Positions 1 through 11,668 of a stretch of DNA of 64,000 nucleotides are shown here, one piece after another. The stretch is from contig CATNEN010000024.1 in assembly GCA_950097015.1 (NCBI GenBank), forward strand, positions 5,022,001 to 5,086,000, written 5' to 3'. The notes under the pieces were generated by a model that was not told the DNA's origin, did no database searches, and saw only the letters and a program-made list of their open reading frames with translations. The number at the start of each line of letters is the position of its first letter. Positions within the stretch are counted from its first letter, which is position 1. The translations under genes were made by a program, and so were the position numbers. The stretch is from Macrostomum hystrix (lineage: Eukaryota > Animalia > Platyhelminthes).

Positions 1-503
1 CTGGGCAGCACAGGCCGCGAAGCTGCTGGCGTTGCTAACCATGGCAATAGCGAAATCGTCTTCATCAAGAAGCGAGGTTGTTGAAAGCGGCGGAGGAGAA
101 GATGAAGCTGATGACGATGAGAGCGGCGTCTGTGGCGGAGCCGGCTGCAACGGAATCGCCAGCGAAGACGAGGGTGCGAGCGGAGGTGGCAGCGGCGGCT
201 GCAGCAACGGAGGCGTACACGACGAGGAAGAATCGAGCGGGCCAAGCAAAGAGGCCAAATCGGCCAAGTCGGCGCATTCAACATCATCGCCAGAGGTCAG
301 CTGAAGCAGGTCGGCTGGCAGCAGCGACATCAGATCGCTGGAGAGCTCGCCACCGGACAGGGGCTCTGAACCGCCAGCGTTGCAATTATTAACTATTGAA
401 TCGTAGTTGACGGCAATGGGCTGTTTAGGATGCGGATCCAGGGTGACCAATTGCAGCTTTTGTTGCTGTGACAGCTGGGGCATTGCTTGCACTGGGACCG
501 GCA
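1..503 (-). CDS. Internal coding exon of an unidentified Pro/Ser-rich protein, truncated by the window edge
   Basis: Acceptor ...ctctcaatacag|TG CCG GTC at 503. A stop-free frame runs to position 1 (VPVPVQAMPQLSQQQKLQLVTLDP...PPLLQPPLPPPLAPSSSL...LDEDDFAIAMVSNASSFAACAAQ) in GC-rich, coding-like sequence. No recognisable domain. Confidence 0.6.
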
Positions 504-1610
504 CTGTATTGAGAGATTGTTTTAGGAAAATTAAAATGACTGGTACAGTATAGAAATTATAGTAGGCTCTTAATAAAAAGCATGGTATACGCTGTTATGA
601 TATATTATCGAACACAGAGAGCAAAATATATCGAAAAAGTTCACCCACTTCAATCTGATAACCCGATCTACAGCTGGCACCTATTTCACAGCCTCTCAAT
701 TTCTCAAATTGAGTTGCTCAAGAGAGATTCGAACTCAAAGCCTCTCGGTTTGAAGTACGAAGCTCTTTGATTTGCCGCCGAGATTTCGACGCTATGCGTT
801 CGCTTTTATTATACTCGTAATTATAAGACAAAAGAAGCAGAACTTAAAAGATAAAAGCAACAAGGCCTCATTAACACAAACAGGCAGATTATGGAGACGA
901 TTATAAACGATTAAATGACGGTAGCGCCATGCATAGATACTATCCGGTAGTGCATCAAGCTTCTTATTTGTATTTAAGTTATAAAAAGTAAGAAGCTAAC
1001 TTTTTAGGAAGGAAAATGCAGCAATAAAGCTAGTTTTTCTGAATGCAATGAGAATGTCACATTAAATCACATTGGGCGAAACCATACATCAGACAGGATA
1101 GGGTTTAAAAATGTCCTACCAGCGTACGTTATTTTTTGCTTCTATTATAAAAAGAATTTAAAATATTCCAGCAAAAGATGACACCATATTGCTTCTTACT
1201 AAGTAGAAAAACAAAAGCTGCAACTTTAGTTCAAACTAATAAATAGTCTTTGAGGAATTTGAAAATGGGTTACAATGAAAAAGTGCGACTATTAATTATA
1301 AAACAATCATCAATCAATAAAAATTTTGACAAGTTTATTAGCCGATTCTTCATACAAAATGAATCATCAATCATCAATTATAAAGCTAATTTAGGAAGTC
1401 AGCTGCAAACATACGAGCCGTACAATGAGTTTATATGTAAACAAAGACTTTGATATAAAAATGGTGGGACAATCTATTAAATCATTTAGTCGGATAAGTC
1501 TAAAGCTTTATAACTAAAAAACTGGGTAGTTGGGGATTATAAACCTGTGCAGATGAGATCTCAAATATTTTTATATACTTCTGATTAAGTTCAGACGAAG
1601 CTTACAAGCC

Positions 1611-2960
1611 TCAATTGTGAGCGGAAATTGGCGATTCGGCGTCGGTAATTAGGCGGGCCAGGTAGGGCGAGCCCGGCTGCAGCTGGGAGCAATTGGCCAC
1701 AGACAGGCACTTGGCGCTGCGGTACTTCTGGTAGACAAACCGATGGTGATGGTGCTGCTGCTCATGCCTGGAGTCGGCAACGGCGGCAGCTCTGAGCAGG
1801 GCGCGGGCCATGCCAGCCGACACTGGCCGGAGCGCCTCAACAGTGTAACCAGAGTAGAATGCGAGCTGACTAGACCAGTCTAGAGCATCGACTCCCAAGG
1901 CGATGCGCAGTGCGGCGGCGGCCAGCTGACTGGCTGGTCGGCAGGAGAGCTCGGCGCTAAGCGTGGCCAGTTCTAGCAAGTATTTGGCAATAAAGTGCAA
2001 CCGATTGTCAATACCTGCCACCTTGGACAGGCGGCGCAAAAATGTGATTGGCAAAGGCGGAAGCAGGTGAAAGTCTAGCGCTCCAACCAGACGCAACTCC
2101 ATAGCGAGGAGGTCGCGCCTGCCGCAGGCGCCAGCGCAGACGTGAAGCAGGTCACCCAGACTGATGCAATACACCTCTTCGAGCTTGGAGGCTAGCCAGA
2201 GAGCGGCGGCACCCAACTGCTGCAGTTGATACTTAGTAAGGCGCAAGTCAACAGCCAGGTAATGGTCGAGCAGGCGCACAGACAGGTGATAAGTGTCCGA
2301 CTGCAGCTCAAATCGGCCGCACAGCTGGAGCAGCCAGTCAACTAGAACGGCTCGCGAGCGTTCCGTGATCTCGGCATGGCCAGACAAGAGATCCTCTGGC
2401 AGGGCATAGGCCAGCTCCTGCTCGGCCAGGTACACAAATATATCCTTGGCGTAGGCTGACACCATATTGCAGTGGCTACGCAGGTCAACATCGGGCACGT
2501 CGGCTGGCAGCAAGGCCAGGCGATTCAGGCATGGCAGCCTGTAGGGCTCAGCGACAGTGGTTGTCGCATTACTGCTGCCGCCATCGCCGCATTCAACAGC
2601 CTCATCGGCATCTTTTACCGACTCGAGCGTAGACGAAGCATGGCGCGTAGATTGCAACAACTTTTGACAGACTGAGCGACGCTGCGTCTGATGCTGACCA
2701 TTGTTGGAGCGCTGCCGCAGCGGTTCCCTAACTTGACCCAGCTTATTCTGAGTCTGGGTCAGAGGTTTAGAATGGTTAACCGGGTGACTGATGCGACGAT
2801 GCTGCTGACAATTCTGATTTGAAGTATTCTCGGCAAAACTATGAGCATGGTGATTGTGCTTCTGCTGCAGCTCTTGCTGTTGCTCCTGCTCTTCGCGTTG
2901 CTGCTTTCGTCGATTACGCATAGTCTCTGCTAGTATGCGCTGAGCTTTGTACATTGACAT
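1611..2960 (-). CDS. CCNB: Mitotic B-type cyclin, single-exon ORF (first ATG at 2960; frame open upstream to 3083)
   Basis: Cyclin box RAVLVDWLLQLCGRFELQSDTYHLSVRLLDHYL...LQQLGAAALWLASKLEEVY. Second cyclin fold PLPITFLRRLSK...AKYLLEL...PASQLAAAAL. D-box REPLRQRSN (RxxLxxxxN). C-terminal VYQKY. Confidence 0.9.
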   Translation of the reverse strand: MSMYKAQRILAETMRNRRKQQREEQEQQQELQQKHNHHAHSFAENTSNQNCQQHRRISHPVNHSKPLTQTQNKLGQVREPLRQRSNNGQHQTQRRSVCQKLLQSTRHASSTLESVKDADEAVECGDGGSSNATTTVAEPYRLPCLNRLALLPADVPDVDLRSHCNMVSAYAKDIFVYLAEQELAYALPEDLLSGHAEITERSRAVLVDWLLQLCGRFELQSDTYHLSVRLLDHYLAVDLRLTKYQLQQLGAAALWLASKLEEVYCISLGDLLHVCAGACGRRDLLAMELRLVGALDFHLLPPLPITFLRRLSKVAGIDNRLHFIAKYLLELATLSAELSCRPASQLAAAALRIALGVDALDWSSQLAFYSGYTVEALRPVSAGMARALLRAAAVADSRHEQQHHHHRFVYQKYRSAKCLSVANCSQLQPGSPYLARLITDAESPISAHN

Positions 2961-3617
2961 TTTTCGACTTTCGTTAGTTTCGTATTTGTTTGAAACTTCC
3001 TTGAATTTAATTTCTTTACAATTACTTACTGAGACCAACGCTCTATGCAGGCAACCAATTGACTTTGTTTGGCCATCGGACAAATAAGTTTAAGGCTTTC
3101 TTATAGTTGGGGCGCACACGCGTCTTTTGGAATAAAATGATTGGATCGAATAAAATAGCCAATGTACATGCGGTAGGCCAAGAGCTTAACTTGTGAGGCG
3201 TTTAGCGTGTCGGGTAAGGGTTAGGAAGGAACGATAAACTTTCTATGGCCGGGGTGTGAAGTGGGGTGGTGGGTCAACTAGCGCAATCTCCAATATAGGC
3301 TTAAAATTTAGCCCGAAAAACCGTCTGTCTGTGCCACCGACATTCCTTACACAAATATGTACAGCAATGTACATAAGAATGTTATAAGAAATTAAGTACA
3401 CTTAAAAAAACTATTAAATGTTAAATGACACGACTAATACAATATACATTTGCAACAACTTGGTCTTCGCAAAAAGAAACAAATAATAGACTTAAACGGA
3501 GAGTAAAAAAATAGAGAAATATATATACTATGTTCTATTTTTAGAAAACAAATCAGGAAATTTATAAATGGAAACTGGGGGGTTATTTTTTAACCCATAA
3601 GTGGCCCCAATTTTCCT

Positions 3618-4079
3618 TCAGACATTTTTCAGATATAAAATCATGCGATAAAAGATCTCACCAGGTGTGACTGAATAAGGCGCCGACCGACTATGATTAT
3701 ACGGCATCATCTTGATAACAATTGGACCCGCACTTCTTTGCTGCCCTTGATTGCCTTGATATTGCTTCACAGGAGCTGCCTGTTTAGAGGGTGCTGCAAA
3801 TGCCACAGATTCTGGATTATAATTATCGTGTTGTTGCCGATGCTGACGCAGCATTTCCGCCGCCTCGGGTAGCAATTCAAAATCAATAGCCAGGTGACTA
3901 CTTCGTCTGGCGGTCACCCGATAGCTAGGTCGAGTATCAAAATCGACGCCATCGGTAGCCTTTGGATCAGTATTAGAATCGCAGGTGCTCTTCAGGATGC
4001 TACCGATTGGAAGTGCAACCAGTGCCCTTAGCGTGGAAAGTTCTAAAGTGAACCGAACCGGAGCAGTGAGAGAGGCCAT
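3618..4079 (-). CDS. Hypothetical 153-aa protein (orphan; possibly spliced after 3662)
   Basis: True ATG with an in-frame stop upstream. GC-rich island between AT-rich flanks. Candidate donor CCTG|gtgaga at 3662/3661. No family recognised. Confidence 0.5.
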   Translation of the reverse strand: MASLTAPVRFTLELSTLRALVALPIGSILKSTCDSNTDPKATDGVDFDTRPSYRVTARRSSHLAIDFELLPEAAEMLRQHRQQHDNYNPESVAFAAPSKQAAPVKQYQGNQGQQRSAGPIVIKMMPYNHSRSAPYSVTPGEIFYRMILYLKNV

Positions 4080-4295
4080 CGTAATGCCGCAGATTAATTT
4101 GGAAGCTCGGAATTAACTAGCCAAATTGAGCATAAGTTCAAGAAGCTGACTGTACCCGAATGGAACTTCTGTAATGGATTAGTATTAAAAAAATAAACAC
4201 AATTGCTAACAATTCTATACATTCAATAAAATACAATCTTTTAAGCAGTCTAGATAGATCAGATGAAAATTACACCGAAGATATCAACCCAATTG

Positions 4296-5417
4296 GGCAA
4301 GCTGTCCAGGTACAGCCAGTGGCTAGCTGTACAGGTACAGCCAGTGGCAAGCTGTCCAGGTACAGCCAGTGGCAAGCTGTACAGGTACAACCAGTGGCAA
4401 GCTGTACAGGTACAGCCAGTGGCAAGCTGTACAGGTACAGCCAGTGGCACGCTGTCCAGGTACAGCCAGTGGCAAGCTGTACAGGTACAACCAGTGGCAA
4501 GCTGTACAGGTACAACCAGTGGCAAGCTGTACAGGTACAACCAGTGGCAAGCTGTACAGGTACAGCCAGTGGCAAGCTGTACAGGTACAGATAGTGGCAA
4601 GCTGTACAGGTACAGATAGTGGCAAGCTGTACAGGTAAAGCCAGTGGCAAGCTGTACAGGTACAGCCAGTGGCAAGCTGTACAGGTACAGCCAGTGGCAA
4701 GCTGTACAGGTACAGCCAGTGGCAAGCTGTACAGGTACAACCAGTGGCAAGCTGTACAGGTACAACCAGTGGCAAGCTGTACAGGTACAGCCAGTGGCAA
4801 GCTGTACAGGTACAGATAGTGGCAAGCTGTACAGGTACAGATAGTGGCAAGCTGTACAGGTAAAGCCAGTGGCAAGCTGTACAGGTACAGCCAGTGGCAA
4901 GCAGTACAGGTACAACCAGTGGCAAGCTGTACAGGTACAACCAGTGGCAAGCTGTACAGGTACAGCCAGTGACAAGCTGTACAGGTACAGCCAGTGGCAA
5001 GCTGTACAGGTACAGCCAGTGGCAAGCTGTACAGGTACAGCCAGTGGCAAGCTGTACAGGTACAGCCAGTGGCAAGCTGTACAGGTACAGCCAGTGGCAA
5101 GCTGTACAGGTACAGCCAGTGGCACGCTGTCCAGGTACAACCAGTGGCAAGCTGTACAGGTACAACCAGTGGCAAGCTGTACAGGTACAGATAGTGGCAA
5201 GCTGTACAGGTACAGATAGTGGCAAGCTGTACAGGTAAAGCCAGTGGCAAGCTGTACAGGTACAGCCAGTGGCAAGCTGTACAGGTACAGCCAGTGACAA
5301 GCTGTACAGGTACAGCCAGTGGCAAGCTGTACAGGTACAGCCAGTGGCAAGCTGTACAGGTACAGCCAGTGGCAAGCTGTACAGGTACAGCCAGTGGCAA
5401 GCTGTACAGGTACAGCC
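4296..5417. repeat. 25-bp minisatellite (GTGGCAAGCTGTACAGGTACAGCCA)n, about 45 copies, embedded in a SINE copy
   Basis: Direct tandem repeats read from the sequence. They produce the spurious LATGCTCTACHW ORFs. Confidence 0.97.
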
Positions 5418-5560
5418 GGCGGCCCAGCCGCAGCCATTGCTCGGCGCTTATAAAGTATATGTACAGCTATTCAGTCCATGGACTCGGGGCATCGAACACC
5501 CATCCATATTTCTGTCCCAGCAAATACTGGTACCACTTTACAGCTAAAAGAACTGAAGCA
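5411..5560 (-). mobile_element. Diverged SINE copy (same family as 22859-23163); its 3' end lies left of the 25-bp array
   Basis: cagccgcagccattgc...ttcagtccatggact...ctggtaccactttacagct...aactgaagcaa matches the SINE body. attacacc...cccaattgggc at 4269-4298 matches the SINE tail. Confidence 0.7.
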
Positions 5561-6061
5561 ATTTTTTTTGTTCTGTTCAAACAAATTCCCATGATCCCCA
5601 AATCCCCATTAAAAAATTAAACCTTAATTTTCGCCTTATGGACTTAATAACAGCCTAAATAAAAAGAAAATTAAAACTCGTTGTGTATTGTGGTCGAAAA
5701 GCTTTTTTTAAAGAGTCGTTTGTTTATTTAATCAATTAGTAACTGGTAAGAACACGTAGAGAATACTATAAAGTATTGTGAAAACCAATTTATATTAAAA
5801 CTAAGAGACTAAGCTTTAAAAACACACTTAGAAGCAATTACAGGGTAGGGTAGAAATGCATACAGCTCAGATCAATAGACACACTGCGCATCGGAAGCTG
5901 CTAGCCCTAGGATAATCATATTAACATCTCCAATTAAAGGTAACGAAAACAAGATTATGAGCCAGACAAAGCTGGACTAGGGACAATATAGTACAATAGG
6001 CTTTGATAAGGCGATCAATAGCAAAAATTGAAAAAATAGAGGGAGCACAAAGACGCTAACA

Positions 6062-9000
6062 TCAAGCAGTCGTCACTGGTGTCAAAGCCGCCAGCACGTG
6101 CTCCAGCTTCTCCAAGCCAGTGGCGCCGGCCAGCTGGTCTAGTCGCACCCGTCGCCAGCCGCCGCCATTGTCACGATCAACAGACACGGCGAATCGCCTG
6201 GCCGAGTCCAGCTGGACTAGCAGGGAGCACTGGCCGTCAGGGGAGCGCAGTAGACTGCCTGGCGGCTCAGCGCTGTTGGCCAGCAGGTGCCAGCCGAGGC
6301 TGCTGGAGGCCGAATGGACGCACAGTAGTAGATGCCGATCGGCCTCGCGCAGCAGGCTGGGCTGCAGGAGTCGCTCGGCGTCGCCTAACCGGGCGGCGAC
6401 GCGCTGGCCGGAGGTGGTGAGCAGGACAGCCTGCGTGAAAGTCGATGGAAGCTGCGAATTCGGCTCTTGTTTGAAAGCTACATCAACAGGTAGACATTAA
6501 GTCACCAAGAGGTCAGGAGTTTGAATTTTAGACCAATGGAAACTATTTTTGTCTTTAGGAAACTTAACTCGTTTCCCGTTGCTTTAATTTCCGTTTGTCC
6601 AGAAGAGAATTTCGGTTAGCATTAGCTGGCGTAGAGATTCTGGTGGGTGTAGCGTCCCCTTCCCCAGTCCATGGACTATTTTCTACTATTAAAAGTACTT
6701 ATCAATATGCATATGACGAAACAAGTTGACTTTTGTTTATTACTGCACCACAACCTGTCAGATCTTTTCTATATTGCTGACACCACAACCTGTCAGATTT
6801 TCTTAAATTGCTGACACCACAACCTGTCAGATTTTCTTAAATTGCTGACACCACAACCTGTCAGATTTTCTTAGATTGCTGACACCACAACCTGTCAGAT
6901 CTTTTCTATATTGCTGACACACTAATAAACGAGTTAATGAGTCTTCACACAACAGACCTTGCTATTGTCGATGCTAATTAGTGCCCGACTGCGCAGAGGA
7001 TCGTAGCTGCGTCGCACAAATTCCACAGCAACGTGGGTGGACGTCGATGCACCAGTCTGCCAGTGACAGACCAGTCTGGGCTCAGCCAGCGGCCAGGACT
7101 CCAATAGGCGGGAGACCTCCTTAACCAGAGCCGTATGGCGACAGACGGCAACCAGCCTGTCTAGCAGGCCGGGCTCCGGCTCCGGCGCGGGTCGAGCGAA
7201 CGGGCCGGCCTCGCGGCGGCGCTCAGACAGGCCGGCTGGGGCGCAGCTGGGAAACGGGCCGGGCTCCGGCCGGTTCGACTGATGCCGCTTCAATAGCAGG
7301 CAATTGAGCGCGTTGCTCAGATAGGTTGCGCGAGGGAGATGTTGCGGCGGCGACGGCTGCTGCTGCTGATCCTGTGCCGTCTTACAGGTCTGTAAAAAAG
7401 CAGATTTAGCGATTTAAAAGGGTTGCTGTCTGCTGTCTATGGTTTGCAAACATGGTCTTTGTTTAGGGTCCATCTATGTTTGCGAATTCCGTTGCGTTTG
7501 TCCGGTTTTTTTATCCGGAAATTCACCCGGAATTCCATCCACTGAGCAACCCTGTTGCGTTTGTCCGGTTTTTTATCCGGAAATTCAGCCGTACACTCAT
7601 ACTCTTGTGAGCCTATATATGTGTCAGTGTGTGCTCACGGATAGTAGTGTCGATAATTTACAAGCAGTAACCCTAACTGAATTGCATCAGAAGCTATCTC
7701 TACCGTGGTACGGGACTGCTGCTGCTGCTGCTGCATCTCGGGACCGATAATCTTATGCAGGCTGATAACTGCGCGCAGACCAGGCGCCAACGGTACTTCA
7801 ATAGCGTCCGGGCCGGCCCGAATGCCGGCGTGAACGCACTCGCAGCACAAAGAGTTGTAGAGCTCCTGGGCTAATAGGAGGCGCTGGCTACTGGCTAAAC
7901 TGACACGTGGAAGATCGCCTAGAACTGACTGCTGCTGCGCTGTCGAACTGTCCGACGACGCCTGTATAGTCACCTGAAATATTGACGTCCGTTGAAGATG
8001 AGTTGTATACCATACGCCTAACAATAACAGATGCTAAAAAGTCTGACGTAGAAAACTTAAGTGTGGAGGATACTCAGTCGGGAAAAGAAAATATGTCCTT
8101 TGAAATGACATTGGGGAAATATCTATGATGTGGCGATTGCAGCCACGTAATGTTTAATTTTATTTGGCGGAGAACAGGTTAAGTGCAGCGCGTTCCAAAA
8201 GATAGTGATTTATAGGCCGGCGCGTGTACAAGAGCTTAAGCCCTATGCACACTGCCCCGGCCCAGCGCAAGTGCTAGTCAAAGTTGGGGTGGCCGCCCTA
8301 GCACCACGCAGGGCGCTGGAGAGAGCGGCCGCCACAGTGAGATAATTTCGGTGGGAAAATCACAGGCGAAAAATCTCAGCTTGGCAAAATCTGAATGTGA
8401 AAATCTCCGACTGATAATCTCAGTGGGATAAAAGCTCACAATATCAATGATATAATCCTGTATGCAAAATCCCATAACCCAAATGGGATTATATTCGTGA
8501 CCTAATCCAGTACGAGCTAGGATAATCTCATTGGAATTATTTCAGGTTAACATTTTTCATCGGACAATCTAAGCGGGAAAACTCTAACAGCCTTAGTGAA
8601 CCCCAAATGAAAAAATGACTGTTGAGACGTCATTTAAAAAATAAATTCAGTTCAACATTAAGCTTCAGTAAACAAAGATTGCTAACCTGCACGCTAGCCT
8701 GGCCATACAGGTGGCCAGGTAGGAGCACCTCGAAGCAATCGTCCTTAGCGGTGCGCAGTTCGAATCCGGCGCTGTCAGGATAGCGACTGCCAGCTGACCT
8801 GAGCGAGAGGTCGCCGCTAACTGTGTTGGCTATGCGGCGCAGCTTCCAGCACTGGGCAATCTGCTGCAGCTCATAGTTGCCAATGTTCTCCTGGTGAAGC
8901 TGTTGCATACTGCGCTGGCCTTTGTCTAGCACGTCGGCCGCGGCTTGGACGCACTTCTTCTTGGCCTGCAACAGCAGCTGGGTGCGCTGCTCCGGCTTCT

Positions 9001-11668
9001 CGGTGTCGCGCATCATTGGCTCAAGACTGAGCGCCTGCGGCCGGTGACGCAACGCTGTCAGGACGTCCATCAGTGCAGTGGTCTCGTCTAGGGCGGCCGC
9101 GATCGATAAACGGACCTGGCACAGAGTTGTGCAAAAGAGGGCGTCGTGATTTACTGCATACGCTGAGCTATAAATATAATTCTCATCACGACATCTGAAA
9201 CTCATATTTTCTATTCTAGAAAACGACACGGCAACAGAAATTGCTAGTTCTGGATTCTAGAAAGTGGTACCGCAACAGAAATTACTAGTTCTGGATTCTA
9301 GAAAGTGACACGGCAACAGAAATTACTAGTTCTGGATTCTAGAAAGTGACACGGCAACAGAAATTACTAGTTCTGGATTCTAGAAAGTGGTACCGCAACA
9401 GAAATTACTAGTTCTGGATTCTAGAAAGTGACACGGCAACAGAAATTACTAGTTCTGGATTCTAGAAAGTGACACGGCAACAGAAATTACTAGTTCTGGA
9501 TTCTAGAAAGTGACACGGCAACAGAAATTACTAGTTCTGGATTCTAGAAAGTGACACGGAAACAGAAATTACTAGTTCTGGATTCTAGAAAGTGACACGG
9601 CAACAGAAATTACTAGTTCTGGATTCTAGAAAGTGACATGGCAACAGAAATTACTAGTTCTGGATTCTAGAAAGTGACACGGCAACAGAAATTACTAGTT
9701 CTGGATTCTAGAAAGTGACATGGCAACAGAAATTACTAGTTCTGGATTCTAGAAAGTATCACGGCAACAGAAATTACTAGTTCTGGATTCTAGAAAACGA
9801 CACGGCAACAGAAATTACTAGTTCTGGATTCTAGAAAGTGACACGGCAACAGAAATTACTATTTCTGGATTCTAGAAAGTGGTACCGCAACAGAAATTAC
9901 TAGTTCTGGATTCTAGAAAGTGACACGGCAACAGAAATTACTAGTTCTGGATTCTAGAAAGTGACATAGCAACAGAAATTACTAGTTCTGGATTCTAGAA
10001 AGTGACACGGCAACAGAAATTACTAGTTCTGGATTCTAGAAAGTGGTACCGCAACAGAAATTACTAGTTCTGGATTCTAGAAAGTGACACGGCAACAGAA
10101 ATTACTAGTTCTGGATTCTAGAAAGTGACACGGCAACAGAAATTACTAGTTCTGGATTCTAGAAAACGACACGGCAACAGAAATTACTAGTTCTGGATTC
10201 TAGAAAGTGACACGGCAACAGAAATTACTAGTTCTGGATTCTAGAAAGTGGTACCGCAACAGAAATTACTAGTTCTGGATTCTAGAAAGTGACACGGCAA
10301 CAGAAATTACTAGTTCTGGATTCTAGAAAGTGGCACCGCAACAGAAATTACTAGTTCTGGATTCTAGAAAGTGACACGGCAACAGAAATTACTAGTTCTG
10401 GATTCTAGAAAGTGGTACCGCAACAGAAATTACTAGTTCTGGATTCTAGAAAGTGACACGGCAACAGAAATTACTAGTTCTGGATTCTAGAAAGTGACAT
10501 GGCAACAGAAATTACTAGTTCTGGATTCTAGAAAGTGACACGGCAACAGAAATTACTAGTTCTGGATTCTAGAAAGTGGTACCGCAACAGAAATTACTAG
10601 TTCTGGATTCTAGAAAGTGACACGGCAACAGAAATTACTAGTTCTGGATTCTAGAAAGTGACACGGCAACAGAAATTACTAGTTCTGGATTCTAGAAAGT
10701 GACACGGCAACAGAAATTACTAGTTCTGGATTCTAGAAAGTGGTACCGCAACAGAAATTACTAGTTCTGGATTCTAGAAAGTGGTACCGCAACAGAAATT
10801 ACTAGTTCTGGATTCTAGAAAGTGACACCGCAACAGAAATTACTAGTTCTGGATTCTAGAAAGTGGCACCGCAACAGAAATTACTAGTTCTGGATTCTAG
10901 AAAGTGACACGGCAACAGAAATTACTAGTTCTGGATTCTAGAAAACGACACGGCAACAGAAATTACTAGTTCTGGATTCTAGAAAGTGACACCGCAACAG
11001 AAATTACTAGTTCTGGATTCTAGAAAGTGGTACCGCAACAGAAATTACTAGTTCTGGATTCTAGAAAGTGACACGGCAACAGAAATTACTAGTTCTGGAT
11101 TCTAGAAAACGACACGGCAACAGAAATTACTAGTTCTGGATTCTGGAAAGTGACACGGCAACAGAAATTACTAGTTCTGGATTCTAGAAAGTGACACGGC
11201 AACATATATTACTAGATTCTGGATACTTAAAAGCGACAGGGCGACAAATTTTAATAGTACATTCTAGAAAGCAGCATGGCAAGCAAATGTCATTCTAGAT
11301 TCCAGAAGCCACAGAGTGGCAAAGTTTTATTGAGTAGCGACACAAAACAAAAATAGTATTCTCACATTCTGCCAGTAGGAAATACACTCGGGGTTAGCCA
11401 CTCCAAACTGCTGCCCCCCGCCAGACCCAGCAGTGGAGTCCTCTGGCTGCTGCTCATCAGCTGAGCCTCCGCCGGCTGGGTCGCCTTCGCTAACAAACTC
11501 TTCTAAATCTTCGTCCCATTGCTGAAATTTGATTTTGCCAACTAGCTGACAGAAGGCCTCAGAGGCTGTTGGTGGCTTCTCGTGCACCTCTGAGCCATCC
11601 GGATTGATGCGCTCGACAGTGTATTCTGGCAGGCATTCTGCTGAGATCTGCACACCAGCTGGATTCAT
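6062..11668 (-). CDS. MED17: Mediator of RNA polymerase II transcription subunit 17; 5 exons, about 600 aa
   Basis: Exons 11668-11366, 9115-8687, 7973-7704, 7389-6958, 6430-6062, all GT-AG and phase 0. Motifs match MED17: VQISAECL..YTVERINPDGSE, WQNVRLSIAAALDETTALMDVL, WKLRRIANTVSGDLSLRSAGSRYP, LLLAQELYNSL, C-terminal LEKLEHVLAAL. Confidence 0.9.
6746..6920. repeat. 34-35 bp tandem repeat (about 5 copies) in MED17 intron 4; units carry the palindrome CTGACA-N8-TGTCAG
   Basis: Repeated tgctgacaccacaacctgtcagat. Confidence 0.9.
9215..11205. repeat. 41-bp minisatellite (GACACGGCAACAGAAATTACTAGTTCTGGATTCTAGAAAGT)n, about 48 copies, MED17 intron 1
   Basis: Direct tandem repeats with two main variants (gacacgg / ggtaccg). 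Confidence 0.97.

Noticed and set aside
4259-5437. Long Cys/His-rich ORFs (LATGCTCTACHW repeats)
   Set aside because: They are translations of a 25-bp minisatellite that is open in many frames on both strands, with no unique coding context.
9215-11205. CRISPR-like array or heat-shock-element cluster
   Set aside because: The repeats are head to tail with no unique spacers, there are no cas genes, and the context is eukaryotic. TTCTAGAA gives only two nGAAn units, not the three needed for an HSE.
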